From: Hyphomicrobiales bacterium
Lineage (GTDB): Bacteria; Pseudomonadota; Alphaproteobacteria; Rhizobiales; Xanthobacteraceae
NCBI GenBank assembly: GCA_041424235.1
Contig: JBGMOD010000018.1
Location: 5,617-69,616 of the forward strand
DNA: 64,000 nucleotides
Reading direction: 5' to 3'
Position numbers and translations under genes: made by a program
Notes under the pieces: generated by a model
Seen by the model: only the letters and a program-made list of their open reading frames with translations
What the model was told of the DNA's origin: nothing
Database searches by the model: none
Shown: piece by piece, positions 28,004-37,638 of the stretch
How positions within the stretch are numbered: the stretch's first letter is position 1
Layout of the letters: each line of letters begins with the position of its first letter

Positions 28004-28968
28004 GCATTCTCCTGACCCTGATTGTGATCGTCGCCGTCATCGTCGCCGGCCTGGTCTGGTTTGCCGGCAACACCGCGCGCAAGGTCGAGGCGGCGGTGCC
28101 GCCACGCGGCCAGTTCATGGACATTGACGGCGAGCGCCTGCATTACACCGACAGCAAGGGCACCGGGCCGGTGGTGGTGATGATCCACGGCCTCGGCGGC
28201 ACCATGTGGAACTACCATTATGCGCTGGTCGAGAAACTCACCGGTGAATTCCGCGTCATCACGGTCGATCGTCCGGGTTCGGGTTATTCGGTGCGTCCGG
28301 ACGATGCGCCGGCGACGCTGAGCGCGCAGGCGGCGACGCTTGCGAAGTTCATCAAGGCGCTGGGCGTGAACCGGCCGCTGCTGGTCGGGCATTCGCTCGG
28401 CGGCGCGCTGTCGCTGACCATCGCGCTCAATCATCCGGAGTGCGCCGGCGCGCTGGCGCTGATCGCGCCGCTTACCCATGCCCAGGACGACGTGCCGGAG
28501 GTGTTCAAGGGTCTCGTCGTTCCCTTGCCGGTGGTGCGCAAGATCATCGGCTGGACGCTGGCGATCCCGATGTCAATCCGCAAGGGACCGCAGATGCTCA
28601 AGATCGTGTTCGGTCCCGATCCGGTGCCGGCGGATTATCCGCTGCGCGGCGGCGGCTATCTCAGCCTGCGGCCGAAGAGCTTCTACAACACCTCGTCCGA
28701 TCTCCTCGCCGTCAACGAGGATCTGCCGGCGCTGATGACGCGTTATAGTGGGCTGACCATTCCTGTCGGCATGCTGTTCGGACGCCAGGACCGGATTCTC
28801 GATTTCCACCGCCAGGGCGAGGCGATGAAGGCAAGGCTGCCTGCGCTCGACCTGGTGGCGATCGACGGCCACGGCCATATGCTGCCGCTGACCGTGCCCG
28901 ACCAGTCCGCCGATCTGATCCGGCGGACGGCGGCCCGGCAGCAGACGCCGAGCGTTGTGAGCGCGTGA
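28000..28968 (+). CDS. Membrane-anchored alpha/beta hydrolase (esterase/lactonase)
   Basis: N-terminal TM, HGLGG, DRPGSGYS, GHSLGG, D and GHM catalytic residues. Confidence 0.9.
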   Translation: MSILLTLIVIVAVIVAGLVWFAGNTARKVEAAVPPRGQFMDIDGERLHYTDSKGTGPVVVMIHGLGGTMWNYHYALVEKLTGEFRVITVDRPGSGYSVRPDDAPATLSAQAATLAKFIKALGVNRPLLVGHSLGGALSLTIALNHPECAGALALIAPLTHAQDDVPEVFKGLVVPLPVVRKIIGWTLAIPMSIRKGPQMLKIVFGPDPVPADYPLRGGGYLSLRPKSFYNTSSDLLAVNEDLPALMTRYSGLTIPVGMLFGRQDRILDFHRQGEAMKARLPALDLVAIDGHGHMLPLTVPDQSADLIRRTAARQQTPSVVSA

Positions 28969-28970
28969 GA
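28647..28970 (+). repeat. Direct repeat copy 1 (hydrolase 3' end)
   Basis: Matches 33464-33792. Confidence 0.95.
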
Positions 28971-28981
28971 CGGATCGGGGA

Positions 28982-29896
28982 TCAGGCAAAGTCCTTCAAG
29001 GCGGCCTTGAGCTGCTTCACAAATGCTAGTGTGCCGGGAGATTCAGGGCGATCGCGGCGTGTCACGATGCCGTAAGAGCCCATGATGGGGGGCAGGTCGA
29101 TCGGCAGTCGCCACAACAGGCGATGTTGCACGTTGAATCTCGTCAGGTCCGCCGGCATGACGGCCAGCATGTCACTTTCCTGCAGCAGTGCAACCATGGT
29201 CATCATCGACGAGGTTTCAACGACGTCGCGCGGTTCGCCAGGGCCGATCTGCGCGAATACCGGCTCGAGAACCTTGCGCATGGGAGCGCCGGCGGGCAGC
29301 AGGGTCCAGGCGCAGCCTGCGAGATCCCCGAGCGACAGTGAACGGCGCTTCGCGATCGGATGGCGGCATCGCGCGACGAAGTGGAGCGGTTCTTCCGTCA
29401 ATTCCTCGTAGTTGAATTCGGGACGGTCTGCGAGCACCAGCGGGCGCGCCAGCAGAACGTCGAGATCGCCCTTCGCAAGCGCTGGAACGAGAGCATCGCT
29501 GGTGCCGACGTCGATGGAGACGGACAGGCCCGGGTTCTGTTGCTTGAGCCGTGCCACCGCTCGCGCCAGAAGGAAGGGAATTGCGCTGATGACGGCGCCG
29601 ATGCGGATGCGCCCCGTGCCGCCCAGGCTTAGCGACTGCAGTTCGAGCCGGGTTCTGTTGAGATCCGACAGCACGAGGCGCGCATGGCGTGTGATCGCCT
29701 CGCCGTAGGCCGTTGACTGCATGCCGCGGTGACCCCGCTCGAACAGCGGCAAGCCGACATTGCGTTCGAGGTCCTGCAGCAGCTTGGTTGCCGTGGGTTG
29801 GGTCATGTTGAGCATTGCGGCCGCGCCGCGCAGGCTGCGGGCCTCGCTCAGCGCCACCAAAAGCAGCAATTGACGGCTCTTGAGCCGCCGCAACAT
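28982..29896 (-). CDS. LysR regulator (GbpR-like); start uncertain
   Basis: RLKSRQLLLLVALSEARSLRGAAAMLNMTQPTATK. Confidence 0.9.
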   Translation of the reverse strand: MLRRLKSRQLLLLVALSEARSLRGAAAMLNMTQPTATKLLQDLERNVGLPLFERGHRGMQSTAYGEAITRHARLVLSDLNRTRLELQSLSLGGTGRIRIGAVISAIPFLLARAVARLKQQNPGLSVSIDVGTSDALVPALAKGDLDVLLARPLVLADRPEFNYEELTEEPLHFVARCRHPIAKRRSLSLGDLAGCAWTLLPAGAPMRKVLEPVFAQIGPGEPRDVVETSSMMTMVALLQESDMLAVMPADLTRFNVQHRLLWRLPIDLPPIMGSYGIVTRRDRPESPGTLAFVKQLKAALKDFA

Positions 29897-30163
29897 GGCA
29901 ATGCTGTCGCCGACATCGCGGTCGCTGAAGTCCAAACCAGCCAAGGCAGTTTCACCCCCGATATCCAATTCAATATCACTATATCGGAAATTGCTATTAT
30001 TCTGGAATATATCACCCATCTATGGTGCCCCCAACAAAGGCTGCCGGCACGCATCGTCAGCCGCTGAGGGCGCCTCACGCGCCGATCCCAAGCGGTCGGT
30101 TTGTGGTTTTCCCTCGTGTCCGGCCCAATCAAAACGGGCTCAAACAAAACAAGGGGAAACGCC

Positions 30164-31468
30164 ATGACGGGATTGGATCAGGCCCATGCCGGTCTTGCCG
30201 CAAGCAGTGCCGGCGCGCGTACCGCCAGCACGGTGCGCTGGCGGATTTTCGCCATCGTTTTCGTGCTCGTGGTCATCAACCTGATCGATCGCGTGACGCT
30301 ATCGATCGCAATGCCCACCATCGCCAAGGAATTCTCACTGGAGCCCGCGATGCAGGGCCTGGTACTCAGCGCCTTCTTCTGGAGCTATGCATTGCTGCAG
30401 ATCCCTGGCGGCTGGCTGATCGACCGCTTTGGCCCGCGGGCGTTGATTACCGGGGCCACGGTTGGCTGGGGGTTCTTTCAGGCGATCGCGGGCCTCGCGA
30501 CGGGCGGACTGTCGCTGCTCGTCAGCCGCATCGGACTGGGAGCGGCGGAGGCGCCGCTGTTTCCGGCGGGTGCCAAGCTCAATTCGATCTGGCTGTCATC
30601 CAGGGAGCGTGCCCGCGGCGCCGTATTGGTCGACAGCGGGGCGCCGCTTGGGGCTGCGTTCGGCGGCGTCATCATTGCCTGGTTGATCTTGTCGTTGGGC
30701 TCCTGGCGTACCGCCTTCGTGGTCGCCGGTCTTGTCACGATGTTGCTCGGCGGGCTCGCCTGGTGGTACCTGCGCGACGATCCTGCCGATCATTCCGGCG
30801 TCAATCCGGACGAACTGGCGGCCATCAAATCGTCCGCGTCGGTCTCGCCGATGTTGCAGGGCGACGCAGCGCGCGGCATCGGCACGAGGTCCTTCGCCGC
30901 GATCCTGATGGGCCGCATGAGCTGGGCCATGATCAATTTTGGCCTGTTGACGTGGGGGCCGAGCTATCTCGCCCAAGCGCGCGGGTTCGATCTCAAGCAG
31001 ATGGGAGGAGCGACATTCGTGATCTTCCTTGCCGGCATGGTCGGCTCGCTGACCAGCGGATTCCTTGTCGACCGGTTGCAGGAGAAAGGTTGGCGCCGCG
31101 CCGCGGTCTACAAATGGGCGCTGGGTGCGAGCGGTGTCGGCGTGATGCTGGCCTTTCTCGCATTGCCTCAGGTTGCCGATCCGGTCGGCGCGGTGGCGCT
31201 GCTCTCTGCCACGCTGTTCCTGCTCTATTTCGGCAGCCTGTACTGGAGTCTGCCGGCGATCCTTGCGCCGAAGGACAAGGTCGGGATTGTCGGCGGCGCG
31301 ATGAACTTCGCCGGCAGCGCCAGCGGCATCGCCATTCCCATCATCACTGGCCTGATCCTTCAGGCAACCGGCGCTTACTTGATGGTGCTGTATTTCTTCG
31401 CCGCCTGCGCCGCGCTCTATGTGGCGGGCTCGTTGCTGATCGATTTCAAGCAAGCCGAGGTCCGCTGA
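30164..31468 (+). CDS. MFS transporter, ACS (sugar-acid) family
   Basis: RWRIF, INLIDRVTLSIA, AFFWSYALLQIPGGWLIDRFGPR, EAPLFP. Confidence 0.9.
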   Translation: MTGLDQAHAGLAASSAGARTASTVRWRIFAIVFVLVVINLIDRVTLSIAMPTIAKEFSLEPAMQGLVLSAFFWSYALLQIPGGWLIDRFGPRALITGATVGWGFFQAIAGLATGGLSLLVSRIGLGAAEAPLFPAGAKLNSIWLSSRERARGAVLVDSGAPLGAAFGGVIIAWLILSLGSWRTAFVVAGLVTMLLGGLAWWYLRDDPADHSGVNPDELAAIKSSASVSPMLQGDAARGIGTRSFAAILMGRMSWAMINFGLLTWGPSYLAQARGFDLKQMGGATFVIFLAGMVGSLTSGFLVDRLQEKGWRRAAVYKWALGASGVGVMLAFLALPQVADPVGAVALLSATLFLLYFGSLYWSLPAILAPKDKVGIVGGAMNFAGSASGIAIPIITGLILQATGAYLMVLYFFAACAALYVAGSLLIDFKQAEVR

Positions 31469-32409
31469 TGGCAGCAGGCACGATCTGGACAGGGCCCATT
31501 GTCGACGCTCACCAGCACTTCTGGGACCCGCAGTCCAATCCGCATCCCTGGTTGCACGCGGAGGCAAAGATTCCATTTCGCTATGGCGATTATTCTGCGA
31601 TCAAGCGGCGTTATCTGCCCGACGACTATCGTGCGAACGCAACCGGGCATGGCGTTTGCGAAACTGTCTATGTCGAGACGGAGTGGGACCCGGCGCGACC
31701 GATCGACGAGACCCGCTATGCAACGTCTCTTGCCGAACGCTACGGGCTGCCGAATGCTGTCGTTGCCCAGGCCTGGCTCGATCGCGGCGACGTGCAGTCC
31801 GTCGTTGCCGCGCAGACAACCTTTCCGCTGGTGCGCAGCGTCCGCCACAAGCCGGGCGGGCCGCTCAGCCCCGATGAGGTCGGCCACAGGCGGACGCTCA
31901 TGTCCGATGAGCGCTGGCGAAGCGGTTATGCGCTACTGGAACAGCACGGCCTGCATTTCGATTTGCAGACGCCCTGGTGGAATCTCGACGAAGCCGTGCG
32001 CCTCGCGCGCGATTTTCCCCATACGATGATCGTGCTGAACCATGCGGGCCTTCCTTCTGACCGCTCCTCCTCAGCACTGGCCGGCTGGCACGCAGCCATG
32101 GCGAGGTTTGCCGAGGAGCCCAACGTGCGGGTGAAGATTTCCGGCCTTGGCCAGCCCGGCCGGCTCTGGTCGGTGGAGGACAATCGCTGGATCGTCGAAG
32201 AGATCGTCGCCATGTTTGGAGCCCGGCGCGCAATGTTCGCCAGCAATTTCCCGGTCGATAGCCTGTGCGGCACGTTCGACATCATCATGAGCGGGTTCAA
32301 GCGCATCGCCGCGCGCTATCGCGTCGAAGATCAGGAACTGCTGTTTTGCGGCACGGCCCGCGATGTCTACCGTACCGGCGCAAAGCCGCGCGTTGCCGCG
32401 GCGCAATGA
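31468..32409 (+). CDS. Amidohydrolase (sugar-lactone hydrolase-like)
   Basis: DAHQHFWD, LNHAGLP, KISGLG, MFASNFPVD. Confidence 0.85.
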   Translation: MAAGTIWTGPIVDAHQHFWDPQSNPHPWLHAEAKIPFRYGDYSAIKRRYLPDDYRANATGHGVCETVYVETEWDPARPIDETRYATSLAERYGLPNAVVAQAWLDRGDVQSVVAAQTTFPLVRSVRHKPGGPLSPDEVGHRRTLMSDERWRSGYALLEQHGLHFDLQTPWWNLDEAVRLARDFPHTMIVLNHAGLPSDRSSSALAGWHAAMARFAEEPNVRVKISGLGQPGRLWSVEDNRWIVEEIVAMFGARRAMFASNFPVDSLCGTFDIIMSGFKRIAARYRVEDQELLFCGTARDVYRTGAKPRVAAAQ

Positions 32410-32449
32410 TGCGCTCAATACGCGCGATGAAGACGAAAGGATCCCGCAA

Positions 32450-33481
32450 ATGACCATGACTGACCCTGCCGCCGTACGCAGGCCGCGCATTGCCCTGGCG
32501 ATCGGCTGCCCGGCCGGCATCGCGCCGGAATTGACGGCGCGAATTCTCGCCGATCCCGCGGTGAACGCGGCCGCGCAAATTGTCGCGATTGGCGATCGTC
32601 GCGTGATTGCGCGGGGCGCCGAGATTGCAGGCGTGGAATTGGACCTGGACCATCTTGCGTCCGACATGAAACTGCCGAACGAATCCTCCAGGCCGCTCTT
32701 CATCAATCTGGGTAATCTTGATCCGGACACGATCGAAGTCGGCGCGCTGTCGGAACCCGCCGGCAAAAGCGCGCTGGCGAATTTCAAGCAGGCGATCGCG
32801 CTCGGAGCGGATGGCGCGGTCGATGCCGTCGCTTTCAGCCCCTTCAACAAGGCCTCGATGCGTCTTGCTCATCCGGCTTACGAGGACGAGATCGTCTTCG
32901 TCACCGAAATGCTCGGATTTGACGGGGTCGCGAGCGAGTTCAACATTCTTCCAACGCTCTGGAACGCCCGTGTGACGTCACATGTGCCGATCTCGGCGGT
33001 TGCCGGGTTGATAACCTCCGACAACGTGCTGCGCGGACTGCGCCTCACCGACCGGGCAATGCGCGAGGGCGGCTACAAGGCGCCACGGATCGCAGTGGCG
33101 GGCCTCAACCCACACGCCGGCGATGGCGGCAATTTTGGACGCGAGGAGATCGACTTCATTGCCCCCGCGGTCGAAGCCAGCCGAGCGGACGGAATTGTCT
33201 GCACCGGACCGTTGCCGTCGGACACGGTCTTCGTTCGGGCAACACGAGGTGAGTTTGATGCCGTGCTCACCATGTATCACGACCAGGGCCAGATCGCGAT
33301 GAAGCTCATTGGCTTTGACCGAGGCGTGACGCTTCTCGGTGGTTTTCCATTCCCGTTGCTGACAGCGGCCCATGGCTCGGCCTATGACATCGCCGGCAAG
33401 GGGACCGCCGATCCCGGCGCCTTGCGCGCGGCCGTTTTGCTTGCTGCCGAGATGGGGGCACGACGGCGGCGGCTATCTTAG
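32450..33481 (+). CDS. PdxA-family dehydrogenase/decarboxylase
   Basis: G.PAGI.PE, VTSH, GLNPHAGDGG..GREE, MYHDQGQIAMK, HGSAYDIAG. Confidence 0.9.
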   Translation: MTMTDPAAVRRPRIALAIGCPAGIAPELTARILADPAVNAAAQIVAIGDRRVIARGAEIAGVELDLDHLASDMKLPNESSRPLFINLGNLDPDTIEVGALSEPAGKSALANFKQAIALGADGAVDAVAFSPFNKASMRLAHPAYEDEIVFVTEMLGFDGVASEFNILPTLWNARVTSHVPISAVAGLITSDNVLRGLRLTDRAMREGGYKAPRIAVAGLNPHAGDGGNFGREEIDFIAPAVEASRADGIVCTGPLPSDTVFVRATRGEFDAVLTMYHDQGQIAMKLIGFDRGVTLLGGFPFPLLTAAHGSAYDIAGKGTADPGALRAAVLLAAEMGARRRRLS

Positions 33482-33792
33482 CCTGCGGCCGAAGAGTTTC
33501 TGCAACACCTCATCCGATCTCGTCGCCATCACGACGACCCGCCGGCATTGATGCTCCGCTACGGCGCGCTCACCATTCCCGTCGGCATGCTATTCGCACG
33601 CCGGGATCGGATCTTCATCTTCGATTTCCACCGCCAGGGCGAGGCGATGAAGGCAAGGCTGCCTGCGCTCGATCTGGTGGCGATCGACGGCCACGGCCAC
33701 ATGCTGCCGCTGACCGTGCCCGACCAGTCCGCCGATCTGATCCGGCGGACGGCGGCCCGGCAGCAGACGCCGAGCGTTGCGAGCGCGTGAGA
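33464..33792 (+). pseudogene. Direct repeat copy 2: degenerate 3' fragment of the hydrolase
   Basis: Last 172 bp differ from 28799-28970 at 3 positions; first ~155 bp diverged, with indels. Confidence 0.9.
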
Positions 33793-33824
33793 GGATTCAC
33801 GTCGCACGCATCAGGCGCGTCCAC

Positions 33825-34964
33825 TCACCGCGACAGATACCCCGGCGCCAGCGGCTTGAAGCGATAGATCAGATACGGCGTCCTGTTCTCCGCCTTGCCG
33901 CCGTGGAACATTGCGGCCGCGGAGACCTGCGAGGCCGAGACGTACATGTAGCCGTCCGGTCCGTAGCTGATGCCGTCGGGCCAGACCAGGCCGGGATCGC
34001 TGGCGAAGGTGCGATACTTGCGATCCGGCGTGATGAGGCCGACCGATCGGCTTTCCACCGCGGTGAGATAGAGATTGCCGTCATAGTCGATCGACAGGCC
34101 GCCATTGTTGGGCTTGTCGGCATAACGTTCGACCTTGCCGCCGAGATCCGCGGCCGACAGCGCCTCGTTGTTGAGATCATCGACGCGCAGGCGATAGAGC
34201 GAGCGGCCGCTGAGCGGCGCGAAATACAGCCACTCGGCTTTCGTATCCATGGTGATGCCGTCGCAGCCGACCTTGATGAGAGTGGGCTTGCCGTCCTTGC
34301 CGGGCACGGTGAGGTCCTGGCCGTCGACCGTGATCGGCACGTTTTCCGGGATGGTCGAGCGGTCGCCGTCGAGCACGCGCCGGGCACGGCCGGTATCCAT
34401 GTCGATGACGATGATGGCGCCGTGCGAGCCGTCGCCGCCGGGGCCAATGTCCTCGTCGGCGATATAGAACTTGCGGTTCTTGCGGTCGATCACGATGTCC
34501 TGCGGCTGCGAGCCCGCGTGCGTCACCGGCTCCGGCATGTAGTAGATGCGCTCGAGCCTGTTGTGGCGCGTGTTCCAGCCGACGAGTTTGGGTGTGATGT
34601 GGGTGCGAAAGCCCATGTCGATGATCCAGACCACGCCGTCTTCGTCGGAGCGCAGCCCCAGCACGTTGTCGAGATACTGGTCCGTGCCGGGCCGCGGCGT
34701 GTTCCACTCCGCGTTCGGGAACGGCTCGAACGTGGTCGGCGACGTCAGCTTCGCCACCCGCACATCGGGGCTGTAGAACGGATGATGGCTGAAGATCACC
34801 TGGTTGTCGGGCGTGAAGGCGATGTTGCCGACGGATTGCGGCAGCTTCGCGAAGACCTCCATCGCGGCCGGGGCCGGCTGCTGCGCGACGGAGGGAGATG
34901 ATGTCGCCGCGATCACTGCGGCGCAGGTCAAAAGCTGGAGAGCGGTCAATGAACGCCAGGCCAT
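33825..34964 (-). CDS. Major royal jelly/yellow-like (SMP-30 type) beta-propeller, exported
   Basis: Signal peptide; PFPNAEWN, VWIIDMG, GCDGI, WLYFAPLS, LVWPDGISY. Confidence 0.85.
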   Translation of the reverse strand: MAWRSLTALQLLTCAAVIAATSSPSVAQQPAPAAMEVFAKLPQSVGNIAFTPDNQVIFSHHPFYSPDVRVAKLTSPTTFEPFPNAEWNTPRPGTDQYLDNVLGLRSDEDGVVWIIDMGFRTHITPKLVGWNTRHNRLERIYYMPEPVTHAGSQPQDIVIDRKNRKFYIADEDIGPGGDGSHGAIIVIDMDTGRARRVLDGDRSTIPENVPITVDGQDLTVPGKDGKPTLIKVGCDGITMDTKAEWLYFAPLSGRSLYRLRVDDLNNEALSAADLGGKVERYADKPNNGGLSIDYDGNLYLTAVESRSVGLITPDRKYRTFASDPGLVWPDGISYGPDGYMYVSASQVSAAAMFHGGKAENRTPYLIYRFKPLAPGYLSR

Positions 34965-35153
34965 GCGCGATCCCTCGATTGTTCTGGGTGTCCTCCCGGC
35001 GTCTGCGCGATCCCGCGCCGTTGCCGGCCGCGGCGCGGATCGTTCGGCGTGATCGTCGACGGGACGCACGCTCTTGGTTGCGCCGGGATAGCGCGCTACA
35101 GTGCGAGCACACAAGTACGCACAGTGGTGGGACACAGTATCACGGAGTGAACC

Positions 35154-35579
35154 ATGGCGAGCTTTGCCGACCGGATGAGTGACAAGACCTATGACTGCGC
35201 GCCGGGCTGCCCGATCGAGGCGACGCTGGATCTGATCGACGGCAAGTGGAAGGCGATCATCCTCTACCACCTGCTCGACGGCACGCTGCGTTTCGGCGAG
35301 ATGAAAAAGCGCTTGTCCAAGATCACCCAGCGCATGCTGACGCGCCAGTTGCGCGAACTGGAAGAGGTCGGCCTGATCAGCCGCACCGTGTTCGCCCAGG
35401 TGCCGCCACGGGTCGACTACGCGCTGACGCCGCGCGGCCGAACGCTGGAGCCGGTGATCCGTGCGCTGTGGATGTGGGGCAACGAGCACCTTGGCCGCGG
35501 GGATGCGGTGTTCGGTGCGGGCGCTTCGAAGGCCTGTGGCGGGGGTGACGTCAGGCGCGTCCTGCAGAAGGTCGGCTGA
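35154..35579 (+). CDS. HxlR family regulator
   Basis: [39 protein letters not shown]. Confidence 0.9.
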   Translation: MASFADRMSDKTYDCAPGCPIEATLDLIDGKWKAIILYHLLDGTLRFGEMKKRLSKITQRMLTRQLRELEEVGLISRTVFAQVPPRVDYALTPRGRTLEPVIRALWMWGNEHLGRGDAVFGAGASKACGGGDVRRVLQKVG

Positions 35580-35667
35580 TCCGGTCTCGGTGTGGCGACC
35601 CGCTGGTTTCGAGCGCCACGCCCATGTCTTCACCTGGCAGGGATGCGCGAGAGGATGTCGTGCCCAC

Positions 35668-36078
35668 TCAGGATGTTTGGCATCCGCTGCTTTCCTGAAT
35701 CTCGCCGTTTGGCGTCCTGTAGATGAACGGCAGCGTGAAAAATTCTTGCCTGGTGATGCCAGGCGGAGAGGCTGGAAAAGGGGCTGCACGTCGTACAGTT
35801 GCAAGAGCCTCCTGATCCAGCTCGTCGATGCATGACGAGCGTGTGATCTTGCTCTCGATCAGCTTTCCGCTCGGGTCCAACACAAATCTGATCACCACCG
35901 TGCCGGCCAGGTTATGTCTCCCGCCCGGATAGCTCTTGAACGTATTCACATGGGTCACGATCGCCAGTCCCCACGCTCTTATCGCGGCATTGTCGTTTTC
36001 TGCACTTGCCGGGCTGCCCGACAACAGAACGGCAAGAATTAAAAGTCCGCACGGCTTTCTTGTTCGCCGGCTGCGCAT
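35668..36078 (-). CDS. Stand-alone TonB C-terminal domain protein
   Basis: YP..GTVVIRFVLDPSG..ITRSS..LDQEALATVRRAAPFP. Confidence 0.75.
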   Translation of the reverse strand: MRSRRTRKPCGLLILAVLLSGSPASAENDNAAIRAWGLAIVTHVNTFKSYPGGRHNLAGTVVIRFVLDPSGKLIESKITRSSCIDELDQEALATVRRAAPFPASPPGITRQEFFTLPFIYRTPNGEIQESSGCQTS

Positions 36079-36254
36079 CGCCTGTGTCCCCGACCATATC
36101 CAATACGGTCTTTTATAGTTGCGGGAACCGTGATGCCAACGGCTTCGATCTTACGACTTTCGTCCGAACAGATCGAAGCCGCGCCACAGGCTATCCATCG
36201 CGAGCGCAGGTTCGCACGTGAAACGTGCGCCCCGGCGATAACGGCCGATCCCGG

Positions 36255-37439
36255 CTACTGCGACGCCAGCTCGCAGCCGCCTTCGCTCAGCGGACGAAAC
36301 GCCTGTTCGGCTGGAATCGTCGCGATAATGTCGTAATAATCCCACCGTTGCTTCGAGGCCGACGGCGCCTTGACGCGTGCGATATACATGTCGTGCACGA
36401 ATTGTCCGTCCGCCCGAACCGTGCCCTTGGCGGCAAAGGCGTCGGACACCGGCAATTCGCGCATGCGCGCGGCCACCGCGAGGCCCTCATCGGAGCCTGC
36501 GGCCTGCACCGCGCGCAGATAGTGCCGAACCGCCGAGTAGATGCCGGCCTGGGTCATGGTCGGCATGCGGCCGTGGCGTTGGAAGAACTTGTTTGACCAG
36601 GCGCGGGAGGCGTCGTCACGGTCCCAGTAGAATGCCGTGACGAATTGCAACCCCTGTGCCGCCGCAAGTCCCATCGCATCGACATCGGTGAGGAACACCG
36701 TCGGGGCCACCAGTGTCTGCGTGCGGGTGATGCCGAACTCGGCCGCTTGTTTCACCGCCGTGGTCATGTCGGCGCCGGCGTTGGCCAGCGCCACCACTTT
36801 GGCGCCGGAGGCCTGCGCCTGCAGCAACACCGAACCGAAGTCGGGGGTGTTCAGCGGATGGCGCACCTCACCCGTCACCTTGCCGCCTCCGGCCTCCACC
36901 GCGCGCCGCATGTCGGCGGCGAAGGCATGACCGAACGAATAGTCCACGGTGATCAGGAACCAGGTGTCGAGCTTTTGTCCGGTCAGTGCGCGCGCCAGGC
37001 CATATCCGTTGGTGTAGCTGGAGTAGACCCACTGGAACGACGTGCGCGTGCAGGCCTTGCCCGTAAAGTCGGATGAAGCGGAAGCGTTCAGGACGATCTT
37101 GTTGCGCTCCTTGGCCAATGCGGTGACGGCAAAGCCGACACCTGAATTGGAGATGTCCGCCACCGCGTCGACCTTCTCGGTGTCGAACCAGCGCCGCACG
37201 ACGCCGAGGCCGATGTCCGGCTTGTTCTGGTGATCTGCGGAGACGATCGCGATCGGCACGCCGCCGATGGCGTTGCCGAATTCTTCCGCGGCCATTCTCG
37301 CTGCGACCACCGAACCTTCGCCGCCGAGATCGGCGTAGGCGCCTGAGCGGTCATTGAGAATGCCGATCTTGATGACGTTGTCGGACATCGCAGGTTCCGC
37401 GGCGCCGGCGGGCAGGGTGGTGATCCCTGTCAGCAGCAA
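36255..37439 (-). CDS. Branched-chain-type ABC substrate-binding protein; probable frameshift in signal peptide (RBS-linked ATG at 37470 is out of frame)
   Basis: IKIGILNDRSG, ADHQNKPDIG, LANAGAD, VRADGQFVHDMY. Confidence 0.85.
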   Translation of the reverse strand: MLLTGITTLPAGAAEPAMSDNVIKIGILNDRSGAYADLGGEGSVVAARMAAEEFGNAIGGVPIAIVSADHQNKPDIGLGVVRRWFDTEKVDAVADISNSGVGFAVTALAKERNKIVLNASASSDFTGKACTRTSFQWVYSSYTNGYGLARALTGQKLDTWFLITVDYSFGHAFAADMRRAVEAGGGKVTGEVRHPLNTPDFGSVLLQAQASGAKVVALANAGADMTTAVKQAAEFGITRTQTLVAPTVFLTDVDAMGLAAAQGLQFVTAFYWDRDDASRAWSNKFFQRHGRMPTMTQAGIYSAVRHYLRAVQAAGSDEGLAVAARMRELPVSDAFAAKGTVRADGQFVHDMYIARVKAPSASKQRWDYYDIIATIPAEQAFRPLSEGGCELASQ

Positions 37440-37570
37440 GCAGCAGCCAGCCCGGTTTGGTGATGGTCATGTGTTTCTCCCCTTGACGATCTTTGTGGTG
37501 ATTGAGTTGCGTGATACGCAATTTCATGTGGTCGCTGGCGGCATCGTGTTGCGGGAAGCCGCCGGGATCA

Positions 37571-37603
37571 CAATAAAAATTGCTTGTAGGGCAATTTTTA
37601 TTG
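37571..37603. promoter_or_regulatory. Perfect 13-bp inverted repeat, probable XRE operator
   Basis: CAATAAAAATTGC-N7-GCAATTTTTATTG between divergent genes. Confidence 0.7.
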
Positions 37604-37638
37604 ACAAGGAAGCAAATTCAGGAAAAGGTTTGGTCGTA

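Noticed and set aside
30022-32409. ORF-track long N-terminal extensions (795 aa here; also 7328-8944, 27277-28968, 33825-35804) as fusion proteins
   Set aside because: The extensions overlap other real genes; RBS-linked or coupled starts lie downstream.
35668-36078. TonB C-terminal gene as partner of the receptor at 11686-14070
   Set aside because: More than 20 kb away, lacks the proline-rich linker and exbBD; no evidence of a link.
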